DNA of 64,000 nucleotides, from NCBI GenBank assembly GCA_049510745.1, contig JBEKYR010000010.1, forward strand, positions 80,345 through 144,344, in the 5' to 3' direction. This document shows, piece after piece, positions 47,418 through 57,830 of the stretch; position 1 is the first letter of the stretch, and every line of letters begins with the position of its first letter. The stretch is from Verrucomicrobiota bacterium (GTDB lineage: Bacteria > Verrucomicrobiota > Verrucomicrobiia > Limisphaerales > Palsa-1400). The notes beneath the pieces were generated by a model that was given only the letters and a program-made list of their open reading frames with translations, had not been told where the DNA came from and ran no database searches. The position numbers and the translations under genes were made by a program.

Positions 47418-48404
47418 ATGAAACCCAACCCCTCCTCCGGCCAGGTTCGCGAATGCGACGCCACCAGAATTCTCAAGCGCCATGCCGCCAACCCGATCCT
47501 TCGCCTGGACGACTACCCAGGCGTTGCCCAGATTTATAACCCGGCCCCGGCTCAACTCGGCGGCGAAACGATTCTACTCGTCTCGGTAGTGGACCATGCA
47601 GCCACGCGGGGATACGGGCGGGACGTCGGCCAGACGCGGATTGCCCGCAGTCAGGACGGCATTCATTTCGAACTCGGGAAAGCGAACTTCATTGACACTC
47701 AGGCCACAGGGATGCCTTGGGATCTCTATCACCATTTCATAGACAACCGCGTGACGGCGATCGAGGGCGAGTTTTACATCATCACGCCGGTCATGGTGAA
47801 GGGATTCGACTCTCCGGTTGGCATGCTGGGCAAGACGAAGGACTTCATCAAGTATGAGCGCATCGCCGTGATCACCCAGCCAAAGAATCGCGGCGCCTCG
47901 CTTTTTCCAAGTAAAATCAACGGACGGTATTACAAACTCGACCGGCCTGGCGGAGGCGACGGAGGCAACGGCGATATTTGGATTAGTTCGTCGCCGGATT
48001 TGATCCACTGGGGCAATTTCCAGCCGTTGATTGCCGCTGGTTACCGCTACTGGAATACCCAAAAAATCGGCCCCACTCCTCCGCTTTGGACCCCGGAAGG
48101 ATGGCTGGAAATCATGCACGGCGTTTTCAGCCCGGCGGGTGGAACCTACTATTACGTCGGCGCGCTCCTGCTTGATCTCGAAGAGCCTTGGAAAATCATC
48201 GGCCGCACGAACAGCTGGATCCTTGCGCCCAAAGAAACCTATGAGCGAAGCGGAAATTGCGACAACACTGTGTTCCCGTGCGGCGCTTTGGGCGATTGGA
48301 AAAAGGACGAGATCCGCCTCTACTATGGCGCCACAGACGACAAGATCTGCCTCGCCACCGGTTCGATGCGCGAACTCGTGGAGGCCTGCCAAAAAGGCTG
48401 GTGA
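47418..48404 (+). CDS. GH130 family glycoside phosphorylase/hydrolase
   Basis: RHAANPIL, YNPA, DNRVT, NRGASLFPSKINGRY..LDRP, KIGPTPP, TVFPCG, YYGATD. Confidence 0.85.
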   Translation: MKPNPSSGQVRECDATRILKRHAANPILRLDDYPGVAQIYNPAPAQLGGETILLVSVVDHAATRGYGRDVGQTRIARSQDGIHFELGKANFIDTQATGMPWDLYHHFIDNRVTAIEGEFYIITPVMVKGFDSPVGMLGKTKDFIKYERIAVITQPKNRGASLFPSKINGRYYKLDRPGGGDGGNGDIWISSSPDLIHWGNFQPLIAAGYRYWNTQKIGPTPPLWTPEGWLEIMHGVFSPAGGTYYYVGALLLDLEEPWKIIGRTNSWILAPKETYERSGNCDNTVFPCGALGDWKKDEIRLYYGATDDKICLATGSMRELVEACQKGW

Positions 48405-48448
48405 ACGTGCGTTAACAACTCCAACACCACACGGCGTATCCACACTCC

Positions 48449-49966
48449 ATGAGCAAGATATACGAAGCGTCCGGCGCCAAGCCGGCGAATGCTCCGCATG
48501 AACCGGCGAGTCAGGTTGCGCCATTCCGATTGCCGAATGGCACTGGAAACGCCAACCGCATGAAATCGGCGCGCGTCACAAATCCGAATGACAGAGTCCC
48601 ACTAGCCCAAAAGCTGGCGGTGGGCGCCGGGGGCCTTCCCTTTCACCATGGCGGCATGGTTGTGCAATACATGGCGCAACCCATCTACCAGATCATCCTT
48701 GGCCTGAATCCGGTGCTGTTCGGTCTGGCGATGACGATTCCGCGAATCCTGGATGCGTTTACGGATCCGGTCATGGGCGCGATCTCAGACCGTTTCCGAT
48801 CGAAGTATGGGCGACGGCGACCCTTCATCTTCATGGGCGCGATCACCATGGCCTTGTCATTCTTCCTCGTCTGGATGGTCGCTCCGTCTTGGAGTGAAAC
48901 GGCTAAATTTACATGGCTCCTGAGCACCACGGTCATCTTCTTTATCGCCTTCACCGTCTTTTCGGTGCCGCTCACGAGTTTGACTTATGAGCTAACCCCG
49001 GACTATCACGAACGAACGCGGGTGATGGCCTTCTGGGCGTTCTTCTTTAACGTGGGAAACTTTCTTATTAACTGGTATTCCCCGGTCGCGACTTGGAAGG
49101 GATTTGGCGACGCGCTAACTGGCGCCCGCTGGGTCGCGCTGGCGATTGGAATCGTGTTGTTCATAGGCCTGGGAATACTGCCGGCAATTTTCGGCAGTGA
49201 ACGCTTCTACACCGTTGCGGCCAGGGAGAAACGTAAAGTGGGTTTTCTTTGTGCCGTCAAACAGGCGGCCTCATCTCGCCCCATGCTCGCGCTGGTCGGC
49301 GTGATCATGGCGCTGAATTTCTGCGGCACGATTGCCGGAAGTCTCGCGCAATACATTGTGATTTACCATGTAAAGAGAGGTAATGTTGGCGCCGGGATAA
49401 CCCTCAACGCAATGAACGGCACGGGGTTCGCGATTGTTGGCTTCGCAGCCATCCCGTTGCTTTCATTTCTGGCAACGCGTTTTGGCAAGCGCCGGGCCCT
49501 GCTCCTCGTTCTCATTCTGGCCGCCGTTGGCGGCGCCTCCAAGTGGTTCATTTTCACTCCCGACATGCCGTATCTGCTTCTGCTGGATTCCGTGCTCAAC
49601 GGCCCTGTTTGGGTGGCGCTCGGAATGCTCATTCCGGCGATGATGGCGGATCTCTGCGACTGGGATGAGCATCGCTATGGTGAGCGTCGTGAGGGGGTCA
49701 TTAGCGCTGTCTTCTCATGGATCACCAAGGTGGGTCTCTCGTTCACGTTCCTTTTCTCGGGCATTGCGATCCAGGTCAGCGGGTTTAAGGCGGAGCTCGG
49801 CGCGACGCAACCTGAAGGGACTATCACTTGGATGAGGATCTTGTTCGCCGCCTCGTCGGTTCTCGCTCCCGGCCTCGCGATCCTTTGCCTCTGGCTCTAT
49901 CCCATTACTGAGGCGAAAGCCTATGCAATCCGCGCTGAATTGGAAAAACGACGCGGGACCGTTTAG
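48449..49966 (+). CDS. MFS glycoside-pentoside-hexuronide (GPH) sugar transporter
   Basis: PRILDAFTDPVMGAISDR...GRRRPF, ELTPDYHERT, MADLCDWDE...RREG. The start may be 48560. Confidence 0.9.
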   Translation: MSKIYEASGAKPANAPHEPASQVAPFRLPNGTGNANRMKSARVTNPNDRVPLAQKLAVGAGGLPFHHGGMVVQYMAQPIYQIILGLNPVLFGLAMTIPRILDAFTDPVMGAISDRFRSKYGRRRPFIFMGAITMALSFFLVWMVAPSWSETAKFTWLLSTTVIFFIAFTVFSVPLTSLTYELTPDYHERTRVMAFWAFFFNVGNFLINWYSPVATWKGFGDALTGARWVALAIGIVLFIGLGILPAIFGSERFYTVAAREKRKVGFLCAVKQAASSRPMLALVGVIMALNFCGTIAGSLAQYIVIYHVKRGNVGAGITLNAMNGTGFAIVGFAAIPLLSFLATRFGKRRALLLVLILAAVGGASKWFIFTPDMPYLLLLDSVLNGPVWVALGMLIPAMMADLCDWDEHRYGERREGVISAVFSWITKVGLSFTFLFSGIAIQVSGFKAELGATQPEGTITWMRILFAASSVLAPGLAILCLWLYPITEAKAYAIRAELEKRRGTV

Positions 49967-49990
49967 GTCAATCCGGCCACCTGAAGAACT

Positions 49991-51682
49991 ATGAAATCAG
50001 CAAACTACCCTCAACGCGCCATCGTCCGCGGCGGCGTTTTCTATTTCGAAAATGGATCCGAAGTCAATCTCTGGGGGGTGAATTTTCAGTCCAATCTCTA
50101 CTGGGAACAGGGCTTTCGACGCGCCCCACTCGGCCTCCAGGGCGACCCCGCATCCATCAAGGCAATGAATGACCGGGGTTTTGATGAGATCGCCAAGCTG
50201 GGTTGTGATTTGATTCGTGTCCACCTCACGCCGGCGGATTTCACTGACGAGGCGGGAAATCTCATTCCCAACCAGTGGCTGGACATGCTTGGCTACCTTT
50301 TGGCGAAAGCCAGAGAGCATCGCATCTATGTGGCTCTGACTTTTCTGAACCAGATGGAGTTCAGCCTCGTGCGCCGGTCATTCATCGCAAATTGCCCGCG
50401 GAGGGACTGGCTTTTCGACGCAGGATGTCTCAACGCCGCGCATAATTACATCCGTCAATTGATCAACTGGAAAAACCCCTGCACGGGAATCCTCCTCAAG
50501 GAAGATCTGGCGGTGATCAGTTGGGAGCCTGTCAACGAGCCGGACTATATCCGCTACGACGATATGAGGTTGAATGCCGCCTATCGCTCGGAGTTCGAAG
50601 GCTGGTTGCGCAAATGTGATGGAGCCTTCAACGACTGGTATTTCGCACAATGGCGCGAAAAAAAGGTGCGCGAGATCATTGACGGCTTTCAACGCCTGCT
50701 TTGCGAGGAGGGGGTCCGGCAACCCATGGTATGGAATGCAAACTGGCCGCGCATGATGCTGGGCCATGAAGATGTCTTTCGCGGCATCGCAACATCGAAG
50801 GCGGACGCTGTCTCATTTTGCTGTTATCCGGGGCAAGACGAAGTCAACGAGCCCTTTTTGCAGGGAGCGCGGGACACCAGCGGGAAGAACTACATCGGGT
50901 TTCTCCAGCGTTGTCACGACGATTACGACCACCTCGGCTGGTTAAAGAGCCCTCAGTTTTCAGGCAAAGCAGTGACCGTTTACGAGTTTGAAGCGATGTA
51001 TAACGCGAAGAACTCCTATGTGCATCCCGCGATGGCCAAGCTGTTCCGCGCGCTCCGGGCACAGATGGCCACGCTCTGGACCTACAGTTTTTCCGATTAT
51101 GCGGACCGGTTCAGCGGTTCGCACCTTTTCAACATCGCATGCACGCCGGCCAAAGCCGCCGGCTTTGCCGTGGCCGGAGAGATGTTCCGGCATACCGCAG
51201 CCGGATCGGCGCTGCAATTCCGCAGCCAATCGGACGACAGCTTTGATGGATTTTACCTTTCCTATGACAACGATCTTGCGGTCTCGGCGAACGACGGGCT
51301 TTTGATCCACTCCGGAGACATCACCGGATGTCCGGTCCCGCAGGGGGCGCCGCCCCGGCGGATCATAGGCCGGGGGAACTCGCCATTCGTCGAATATGCG
51401 GGCACGGGCCTTTATTTCCTTGAAATCGACCGCGACGAGATTCGGCTCGAAATCCTGCCGCACGCGCGATTCGTCCGCGACCCGTGGAAATGGTGGATGG
51501 ACGGCAAGCTGGTCACTGAGTTGGACCGGGAAACACCCGCGACTTTCCGCCTCCGGCTGCCGGGCTGGGAAGGTGCGCGGGTGTTCCGCGTTGAGAACGG
51601 AAATCGGATTCCTGTTCCTCTCGCCGGACCGGCCTTCGATCTCTCTCCCGGTGTTTTCCTCATTCTCCAAAGCGACCCATGA
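49991..51682 (+). CDS. GH5-like clan GH-A glycoside hydrolase (no signal peptide)
   Basis: EVNLWGVNFQ, LIRVH, WEPVNEP (acid/base), VYEF (nucleophile). Confidence 0.75.
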   Translation: MKSANYPQRAIVRGGVFYFENGSEVNLWGVNFQSNLYWEQGFRRAPLGLQGDPASIKAMNDRGFDEIAKLGCDLIRVHLTPADFTDEAGNLIPNQWLDMLGYLLAKAREHRIYVALTFLNQMEFSLVRRSFIANCPRRDWLFDAGCLNAAHNYIRQLINWKNPCTGILLKEDLAVISWEPVNEPDYIRYDDMRLNAAYRSEFEGWLRKCDGAFNDWYFAQWREKKVREIIDGFQRLLCEEGVRQPMVWNANWPRMMLGHEDVFRGIATSKADAVSFCCYPGQDEVNEPFLQGARDTSGKNYIGFLQRCHDDYDHLGWLKSPQFSGKAVTVYEFEAMYNAKNSYVHPAMAKLFRALRAQMATLWTYSFSDYADRFSGSHLFNIACTPAKAAGFAVAGEMFRHTAAGSALQFRSQSDDSFDGFYLSYDNDLAVSANDGLLIHSGDITGCPVPQGAPPRRIIGRGNSPFVEYAGTGLYFLEIDRDEIRLEILPHARFVRDPWKWWMDGKLVTELDRETPATFRLRLPGWEGARVFRVENGNRIPVPLAGPAFDLSPGVFLILQSDP

Positions 51683-53451
51683 ATAAATCCTTCTCTCCCC
51701 TGTGCGCGGCCCTGCTGATCCTTGGCTCTTTGGCCGTCTCCTACTCCCGGCCCTCGGAGATGCAGGCCATGAAAGTCCGCGATGGGGTTCTCCGATTTGC
51801 CGACGGCCGCGAGGTCAACCTCTGGGGCGTCAATTTCCAGCCGAATCTGAGCTGGGAACACGCCGCGCGGATGGAACCACAGGGAATTTTCACGCCTTTG
51901 GGAACGGAAGATATGAAGAAGATGACCGACGAGAGTTTCAATCAGATCGAACGGCTCGGCTGCAATGTGATCCGCGTCCACCTGTGTCCGGCCGATTTCT
52001 TTGATGGCGAGGGGCGGCTCGTCGATCGTATCTGGCTTGATCTTCTCGATTACGCGATGGCAGAGGCGCGGAAGCGGGGCATCTACGTCTATCTCACCCT
52101 TATCAACGAGATGAAGAACGGCGGAACCCAGGCGCCCGCATTCAAGGATTCCTTTCCACACAAATTTGCGCGCGTGGAATGGATGGTGGTGCCCGGCGCT
52201 GTTGAAGCGGCGCGTCAATACACCCGCGCGCTCCTCAACCGGCAGAACCCCTACGACAAGACCCTCTACAAGGATAATCCCGCCATCGCCCTGATCGAAC
52301 CCGTGAACGAGCCGGATTATCTGACGCGGGAGAAGCTGGAGGAAATTCCACGGATGCAGCGGGTTTATCAGGATTGGCTCCGTGCAAAAGGCCGGCAGGA
52401 TAATGCGGAGGCATTTGCGGCGTTCCGCTACAAGACGGCCCTCGACTACATCAACGGAATGGTCGGAGTGATTCGTGCAGAGGGGGCAAAGCAGCCTTTG
52501 GTCTGGAACTGCGGCTGGCCGCGGCGCATCCAGCACAACGAGGAAATCTTTCAAGCTATTGCCGATTCCAAGATTGATGCCATTTCCTACTGCCTCTATC
52601 CCGGCCAGGACGACCTGAAAGCGCCTTTTTGGAAATATCCCGAAAATCTGAGCGACCACAACTACCTGCCATACCTCCAGAAAGTTTCCGACCGCGAAGA
52701 TTGGATGGGTTGGATCCGGGCTCCACGCTTTGCGTCCAAGGCGAAGGTTGTTTATGAGTTCGAGACCATGTGCAACCAGAAAACGTATCTTTTCCCAGCC
52801 ATGGCCAAGCTGTTCCGGTCCACGGGTGCCCAGGTGGCTGCTCTCTGGACCTATGCGCTTTCCAGCTATGCGCCTTACTGCGGAGGAACGCACGTTTTCA
52901 ATTTGGAGACCACGCCGGGCAAGGCTGCGTCCTTCATGATCGCCGGCAACGTTTTCCGGGATCTGCCTCGCGGAGTGCCGTTCACGACAACCGCCAACGA
53001 TGCCGATGAATTCCAGGGATTCTCGCTCTCCTATCCGCTCGATCTCAGTGTGGCGGTAACGTCCGACTCCCTCATCCACTCCGGCCCGCTGCCCGAGGGC
53101 TTCGCTCTCCTGCCACAAAAGCCGCGCCGCATCGTGGGCGTCGGCGATTCGCCATTTATCAGTTACGCCGGCACGGGGCTTCACTTCCTTGAGCAGACAT
53201 CGGAGACGCTTTTCCGCCTCACGATCCTCCCTCATGCGCGCTTTCTCTCGCCGCACTGGATTAGCAAGAACGATGGCACCCCCGTCGTTGAATTGGACCG
53301 GACGACGACATTTCCATTGCGTTTGCAACTGCCCGGAAAGCCGATGATCGCCAAGGTCGAACGCCAAGTCGGTAAGAAATGGCAGCCGTTGCCTTTCGAA
53401 AGCGATCAATTCCCTGCTTCACCGGGAGAATACCGGATCACATTGAAATGA
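51679..53451 (+). CDS. GH5-like clan GH-A glycoside hydrolase (signal peptide), paralog of the upstream gene
   Basis: EVNLWGVNFQ, IEPVNEP, VYEF; colinear with 49991..51682. Confidence 0.78.
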   Translation: MNKSFSPLCAALLILGSLAVSYSRPSEMQAMKVRDGVLRFADGREVNLWGVNFQPNLSWEHAARMEPQGIFTPLGTEDMKKMTDESFNQIERLGCNVIRVHLCPADFFDGEGRLVDRIWLDLLDYAMAEARKRGIYVYLTLINEMKNGGTQAPAFKDSFPHKFARVEWMVVPGAVEAARQYTRALLNRQNPYDKTLYKDNPAIALIEPVNEPDYLTREKLEEIPRMQRVYQDWLRAKGRQDNAEAFAAFRYKTALDYINGMVGVIRAEGAKQPLVWNCGWPRRIQHNEEIFQAIADSKIDAISYCLYPGQDDLKAPFWKYPENLSDHNYLPYLQKVSDREDWMGWIRAPRFASKAKVVYEFETMCNQKTYLFPAMAKLFRSTGAQVAALWTYALSSYAPYCGGTHVFNLETTPGKAASFMIAGNVFRDLPRGVPFTTTANDADEFQGFSLSYPLDLSVAVTSDSLIHSGPLPEGFALLPQKPRRIVGVGDSPFISYAGTGLHFLEQTSETLFRLTILPHARFLSPHWISKNDGTPVVELDRTTTFPLRLQLPGKPMIAKVERQVGKKWQPLPFESDQFPASPGEYRITLK

Positions 53452-53466
53452 CAGGAAATTGCAGTT

Positions 53467-53555
53467 TTGTTTTGGCACGACCGGTTGCCGGATTCGCGGG
53501 AGGGAACTTGCTGGCGTCATGTGCTGGAGACTTTGACGGTGTATCGGCTGATCCG
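53467..53555 (+). mobile_element. IS1634-like transposase fragment
   Basis: FWHDRLPDSREGTCWRHVLETLTVYRLI resembles an internal segment of IS1634 transposases (recalled pattern). Confidence 0.5.
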
Positions 53556-53920
53556 GTCGGCGGCAGCGAACTCCCACATCGTCGCCAAACCGCCGCCCGA
53601 AGCGCCGGTGAGGTCGACGCGGCTCATGTCGGCCTCGGATCGGGTTGCCCGGCCCTTTCTGGAAGCAATCCATGCCTTGTTCCTGGGCGATAACCTCGGC
53701 CAGCGTCAGGAACGGCACGCTCATCGCGTTCATCAAGTCCGGGAAATAGGAAGAGGTCATGGCGCCGCCTTGTCCGCAATCGTCCAGCAGGACGACGGGT
53801 TTGGCGGACTTTTTCATGAGTGATGGGCTGGTTGAGGATGACCGGCTTGCAGGGTAAAACAAGGGGAAGGACGCGCGACAGCGCGCCCCCCCCGCCGAGC
53901 ATGTTGCAGTGCCGTCCCGC

Positions 53921-56900
53921 CTACGGGCTGATGAGGCGATAGAACTGATCGCTGACACCAGGCTCGCTGGTGACTTGGAATTGGCCGTTGACGACCGTTG
54001 GCGTGGCGGTGACGTTGGACCAAGGGCCGATGACGCTGGTGCTTGACTGCAAATGAAGGGTGCTCAGGACGTTGGTCGGCCAGCTAATGATGAAGGAGCC
54101 GCTGCCCGCGGAGGCAATCGTCAGCACCGCAGCGGGCAGAGGGATGACATTAGTGTTTAGGACCGTAATGCTGCCAGAGCCGATGTAGTTCGTTGAGCCG
54201 AGTACCCCCGAGCCCCAAGTGGCTGGGAAATTGCCGGGATAGCTGCTGTTCAGTTGGGCAAAGGAATGAGTGCCGCCACTCAGGGGTGTCCCGTTTACAA
54301 ACACGTTGGAGAAGGTGTCGTTCTGGTGCAGAAACATGACTCCATTGCTGATGTTCAGGGTGGCGTTAGGGCTATTGATGTCATAGAGCGTTTCCAATGC
54401 GCCGTTGGCCAATACGGTAATGTTGTTTGTCCCCAGGGAATTGGCGCCGCTGGCCAGCAGCGAGCCTTCGTCAACCTGCCAAGTACCCGTGAAGGTGTTG
54501 GACGTGCCCGTAATATTCAGGCTGGCGGCGATGTTGCTGGCGGCGACAAAATCGCACCACTCGATACTGCCATTGCCGGTCAGGTAGGATTGGATCTGGA
54601 AGGGAGCGCTGTTGCCACTTTGGGTGGCGCTCACATAGATCGGGGTGTTGCTCACAATGTCCATCACGCCCTGAATCACGATCCCAGTGCCGTTGTCGGT
54701 GCCGTTTTCCAGTTCGCCGCCATTCATCACCAGCATTGGGAAGAAATTGGTGGCCCAAAAGCCGCTGCCGGCGGGGTTTTCTTTGAAGCGGATGTCGCCC
54801 TGCGGCGCACCGCTGCTGGGCTCATCGAATAAAACTCCATTCCCATCCACAATCAAAATGTTACCCGGGAAAGCGTCGAACGGATCCGTTGGGGTGCGGA
54901 GCATGGCCCCTGGCAGCACCTCGTAGGTGGAGCCTGGGAAAGCGACCGCGGAATAGGAGGCCGCGTTGCCGTCACTCCATTCACCGAGTGTGTCCCAATC
55001 CTTCCCATAAGATTCATGGTCGCTTAATGTGATAACCTCGGCCGGGCCGACCTGTATGACCGTCACTGTCGCCGGCGAACTCTGGATTACGCCTATCGAG
55101 TTTGAGACGATGCAGACGTAGTCCAGGGCGTTGACGTTGGTGACATTAACAATGGTCAAGGTGGCCGTGTTGACGCCGGAGATATTGCCGCCGTTGTGCA
55201 GGTTGGTGTACTGGGCGAGGCCGGTCACGCTGGCCGCCCATTGGTAGCTTAAAGCCGGGCCGGAGGCCTGGACGGTCAACACCAAGGTCTGCTCGTCGTA
55301 AATGTTCGTGCTGGCCGGAGATACTTGGATGGTAGGCGCGCCAGCTACAGTCCCCCCGGAGGCCGAATAGAGGCCCATCACTTGACTCTGGGTCAGGTTG
55401 GTGTTGAAAATGGCCACATTATCAATCATGCCGCTGAAGCCGTAATCGCCGGTATTGTTGTCACCGGGGTCATCCCCAATGAGCGTATTGCCGTCGAAGG
55501 GCTGCGCGACCGGGTTGGCCACGGGGTTGACGGCCATGAGGAAGGAATTGGTGTTTAACACATAGATTGAGGCGTTCGTGGGTGTAATGATCAGGGCGAC
55601 AAAGGACCATTGGTTGGCCGGGGGGACGATGCCGGAATTAAAGCCGTAGGTCGCGCCGTCATTGTTCCAGGTATATCCGATGGTAGAAGTGTAATCGTGA
55701 AAGTAATTGATGCCGGCAACGGTCGTGCCACCGCGACAAAACACCACGCCGGCGGAAGGGGGCTCAGGCTGCAGGTTGGGATTGATCCAGCAGGTAATGG
55801 TTACGTTGCTGGAACTGGGGCCTAGATTGAGCGGGGGAATGGTGATGCGCGAATTTGGCACAAATGAGGTAAACAGTGCCGCCCAGTTGGTGGACGAAAA
55901 GTCCGGGAATCCATCGGTCGGACGCGGGCCGGCAATGGCGTAACTTGGATTGCCATTTGAGACCATATTTCCGTAGATGCCGGTGTGTCCGCCGGCAATG
56001 TCGAAGGCAGCCGTGTTGGTGGCGGGATCGCCCTGTTCGTTTAAGGTGTAAAAAGCCACGGGATTATCGGACTGGACGGCGTTGTCCGCCTGCTCAATAT
56101 TCTGCAAAAGGAAGGTGAGGGGCACGATGCTGCTGGTGACCACGCCGGCGGCGTTGGAAACCACCAGGCTATAGGCGGCGGCATTGGCGGTCGTGGCATT
56201 GCTGATAGTCAAGGTCGGGGTCGTTGCACCTGAGATATTGCCGCCGTTGCTCAGAGGGGCGCCGTTGATTTGCCATTGGTAAAAGAGTGGGTTGCCGAGG
56301 GCGAGAGCCGAAAAGGAAACAGTGACCCCCTGGTACACCTCCTCGGGCAAGGGCTGTGTTACGATTGCCGGGCTGACCACCGTCGTGTAGGGTTCCACCA
56401 CCAGGACGCCGAAGCCAGTAGGGAAGGTGTCGGGCAGGCCGGTGAAGTTGTTCGGGAATCTGTTGGCAAGAGTGGCGTAAGAATAGGTGCCATTGCCCAA
56501 GCTCTGGCCTTCGATGGTCACGGCACTGAAAACCACCATTCCATGAAGGTATAATTTGCCGCTATTGGTCAGGGTGAGCGTGCCCCCGCAGTTTGCCAGA
56601 GAAGGGCCAAAATCAATTATGGCTGGGCCGTTCTCAAAGACGTCACCCGAGGCGAAGCCCGAAGGTGCAAAATTCGGGTCCACCACAAAGCTGACGGCGT
56701 TGTTGGTGCCCAGGGCGTTGTATCCATCCGAAGTGCCGTCTCCCGCGCCTTGCAGCCAGCCCGACATCACAGTCCATTGTCCGGTGTATGTATTGGACGA
56801 GCCAGTAACCTGCAGCGGCACCAGAGGGGGAGCGTTCACGACGGCGATGCCGCCGCTGCCGGAGAGCTGGGCGGCAATAATGAATCCCTCCCACATAGAA

Positions 56901-57523
56901 TCGGCTATATCGCCAGAAAGGGGGTCGCCAGGATTGAGATAGGATAGAGTGCCCGGATCGGCGTAAATCGTTCCCAGAATCGTAAACATCGCCCCATCTC
57001 CGGCATTCAACAAGCCGCCGTTAAGAACCAGTCCGGGCAGACCGTTGGCGCCCGGAAAACTGTTGGTTGGAATGGCAAACCCAACTCCTTGGGCCGAGGC
57101 GCCCCAAGTGTCCCATATCTTGAACCGCATTTGGGTGTTGGTATCCATAATCAATGAATCGCCAGGAAAAGCGACGATATTGGCAACGCCGTTCCCATGC
57201 GGGGTGCGCACGAGGGTATCGGCGCCGCTGCCCACAGCATTGCCGTTGTACACGGCTTCGTAGGTATTGCCGGCGGTGGCGGCGACCTCCGGGCCGGTTC
57301 CGTTCAATTGCCAAATGGCCGAGTCCCACATCGCGCCAGGGCCGTCACCCCCAGGCTGGTGCTCCGTCGTCGTGTAGAGCGGTTCCTGGGCAAAGACCGG
57401 CCCGGCCAGCCAAAGCGAGCCTAACGCGCAGAGCAAAGACGGAATGGCTAAAACAGGGCGGATCGCCGGCCACGTTGATGCTGGCTGATCGGGAAGCGAG
57501 TTGTTAAATCTGTTCGTTTGCAT
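53921..57523 (-). CDS. Large secreted protein: repeat module - Ig - LamG - Ig - repeat module - C-terminal FYRL domain
   Basis: Signal ending VFA|Q; PAIVTQP...YQWQ...YSLVVSN Ig; PVAFYTLNE...WSFVAL...GMIDNVAIF LamG; NTYTG/NTFTG passenger-like strands; ends IISWP...LQSS...W...QFYRLISP. Confidence 0.85.
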   Translation of the reverse strand: MQTNRFNNSLPDQPASTWPAIRPVLAIPSLLCALGSLWLAGPVFAQEPLYTTTEHQPGGDGPGAMWDSAIWQLNGTGPEVAATAGNTYEAVYNGNAVGSGADTLVRTPHGNGVANIVAFPGDSLIMDTNTQMRFKIWDTWGASAQGVGFAIPTNSFPGANGLPGLVLNGGLLNAGDGAMFTILGTIYADPGTLSYLNPGDPLSGDIADSMWEGFIIAAQLSGSGGIAVVNAPPLVPLQVTGSSNTYTGQWTVMSGWLQGAGDGTSDGYNALGTNNAVSFVVDPNFAPSGFASGDVFENGPAIIDFGPSLANCGGTLTLTNSGKLYLHGMVVFSAVTIEGQSLGNGTYSYATLANRFPNNFTGLPDTFPTGFGVLVVEPYTTVVSPAIVTQPLPEEVYQGVTVSFSALALGNPLFYQWQINGAPLSNGGNISGATTPTLTISNATTANAAAYSLVVSNAAGVVTSSIVPLTFLLQNIEQADNAVQSDNPVAFYTLNEQGDPATNTAAFDIAGGHTGIYGNMVSNGNPSYAIAGPRPTDGFPDFSSTNWAALFTSFVPNSRITIPPLNLGPSSSNVTITCWINPNLQPEPPSAGVVFCRGGTTVAGINYFHDYTSTIGYTWNNDGATYGFNSGIVPPANQWSFVALIITPTNASIYVLNTNSFLMAVNPVANPVAQPFDGNTLIGDDPGDNNTGDYGFSGMIDNVAIFNTNLTQSQVMGLYSASGGTVAGAPTIQVSPASTNIYDEQTLVLTVQASGPALSYQWAASVTGLAQYTNLHNGGNISGVNTATLTIVNVTNVNALDYVCIVSNSIGVIQSSPATVTVIQVGPAEVITLSDHESYGKDWDTLGEWSDGNAASYSAVAFPGSTYEVLPGAMLRTPTDPFDAFPGNILIVDGNGVLFDEPSSGAPQGDIRFKENPAGSGFWATNFFPMLVMNGGELENGTDNGTGIVIQGVMDIVSNTPIYVSATQSGNSAPFQIQSYLTGNGSIEWCDFVAASNIAASLNITGTSNTFTGTWQVDEGSLLASGANSLGTNNITVLANGALETLYDINSPNATLNISNGVMFLHQNDTFSNVFVNGTPLSGGTHSFAQLNSSYPGNFPATWGSGVLGSTNYIGSGSITVLNTNVIPLPAAVLTIASAGSGSFIISWPTNVLSTLHLQSSTSVIGPWSNVTATPTVVNGQFQVTSEPGVSDQFYRLISP

Positions 57524-57668
57524 GAGTGGTGCTGAGTGTGGGGTTGGTGGTTTAGGATTTGTGACAGGCTTTGAGGCTAAATGAGATGAACAGTTCAATG
57601 AGAGTGAGGGCACAAGCCTGATTGGTTGCGCCGCCCTTTTCGGTCTGAATCGTTGTCATTTCATTACC

Positions 57669-57706
57669 TATGACTAGCTGAGTTTCATATGACTAGCTAG
57701 GTTTCA
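57669..57706. repeat. 19-bp tandem repeat in leader
   Basis: TATGACTAGCTGAGTTTCA / TATGACTAGCTAGGTTTCA. Confidence 0.7.
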
Positions 57707-57711
57707 GCGTG

Positions 57712-57790
57712 ATGCTAATGCTGATGCAGGGTTGCGTCTAGGGCTTTTTTGCGCAGAATATGGACTTTTTTGCGCACGTTGAGCGCCGCC
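57712..57790 (-). promoter_or_regulatory. Left promoter module with tandem AraC/XylR-type sites
   Basis: TGCGCAAAA x2 at a 21-bp period, then TAGACG-17-TAGCAT on the minus strand. Confidence 0.7.
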
Positions 57791-57830
57791 ATCTTCCGGC
57801 CACGCGGCGCGCTTATATCCAGAATCGAGA

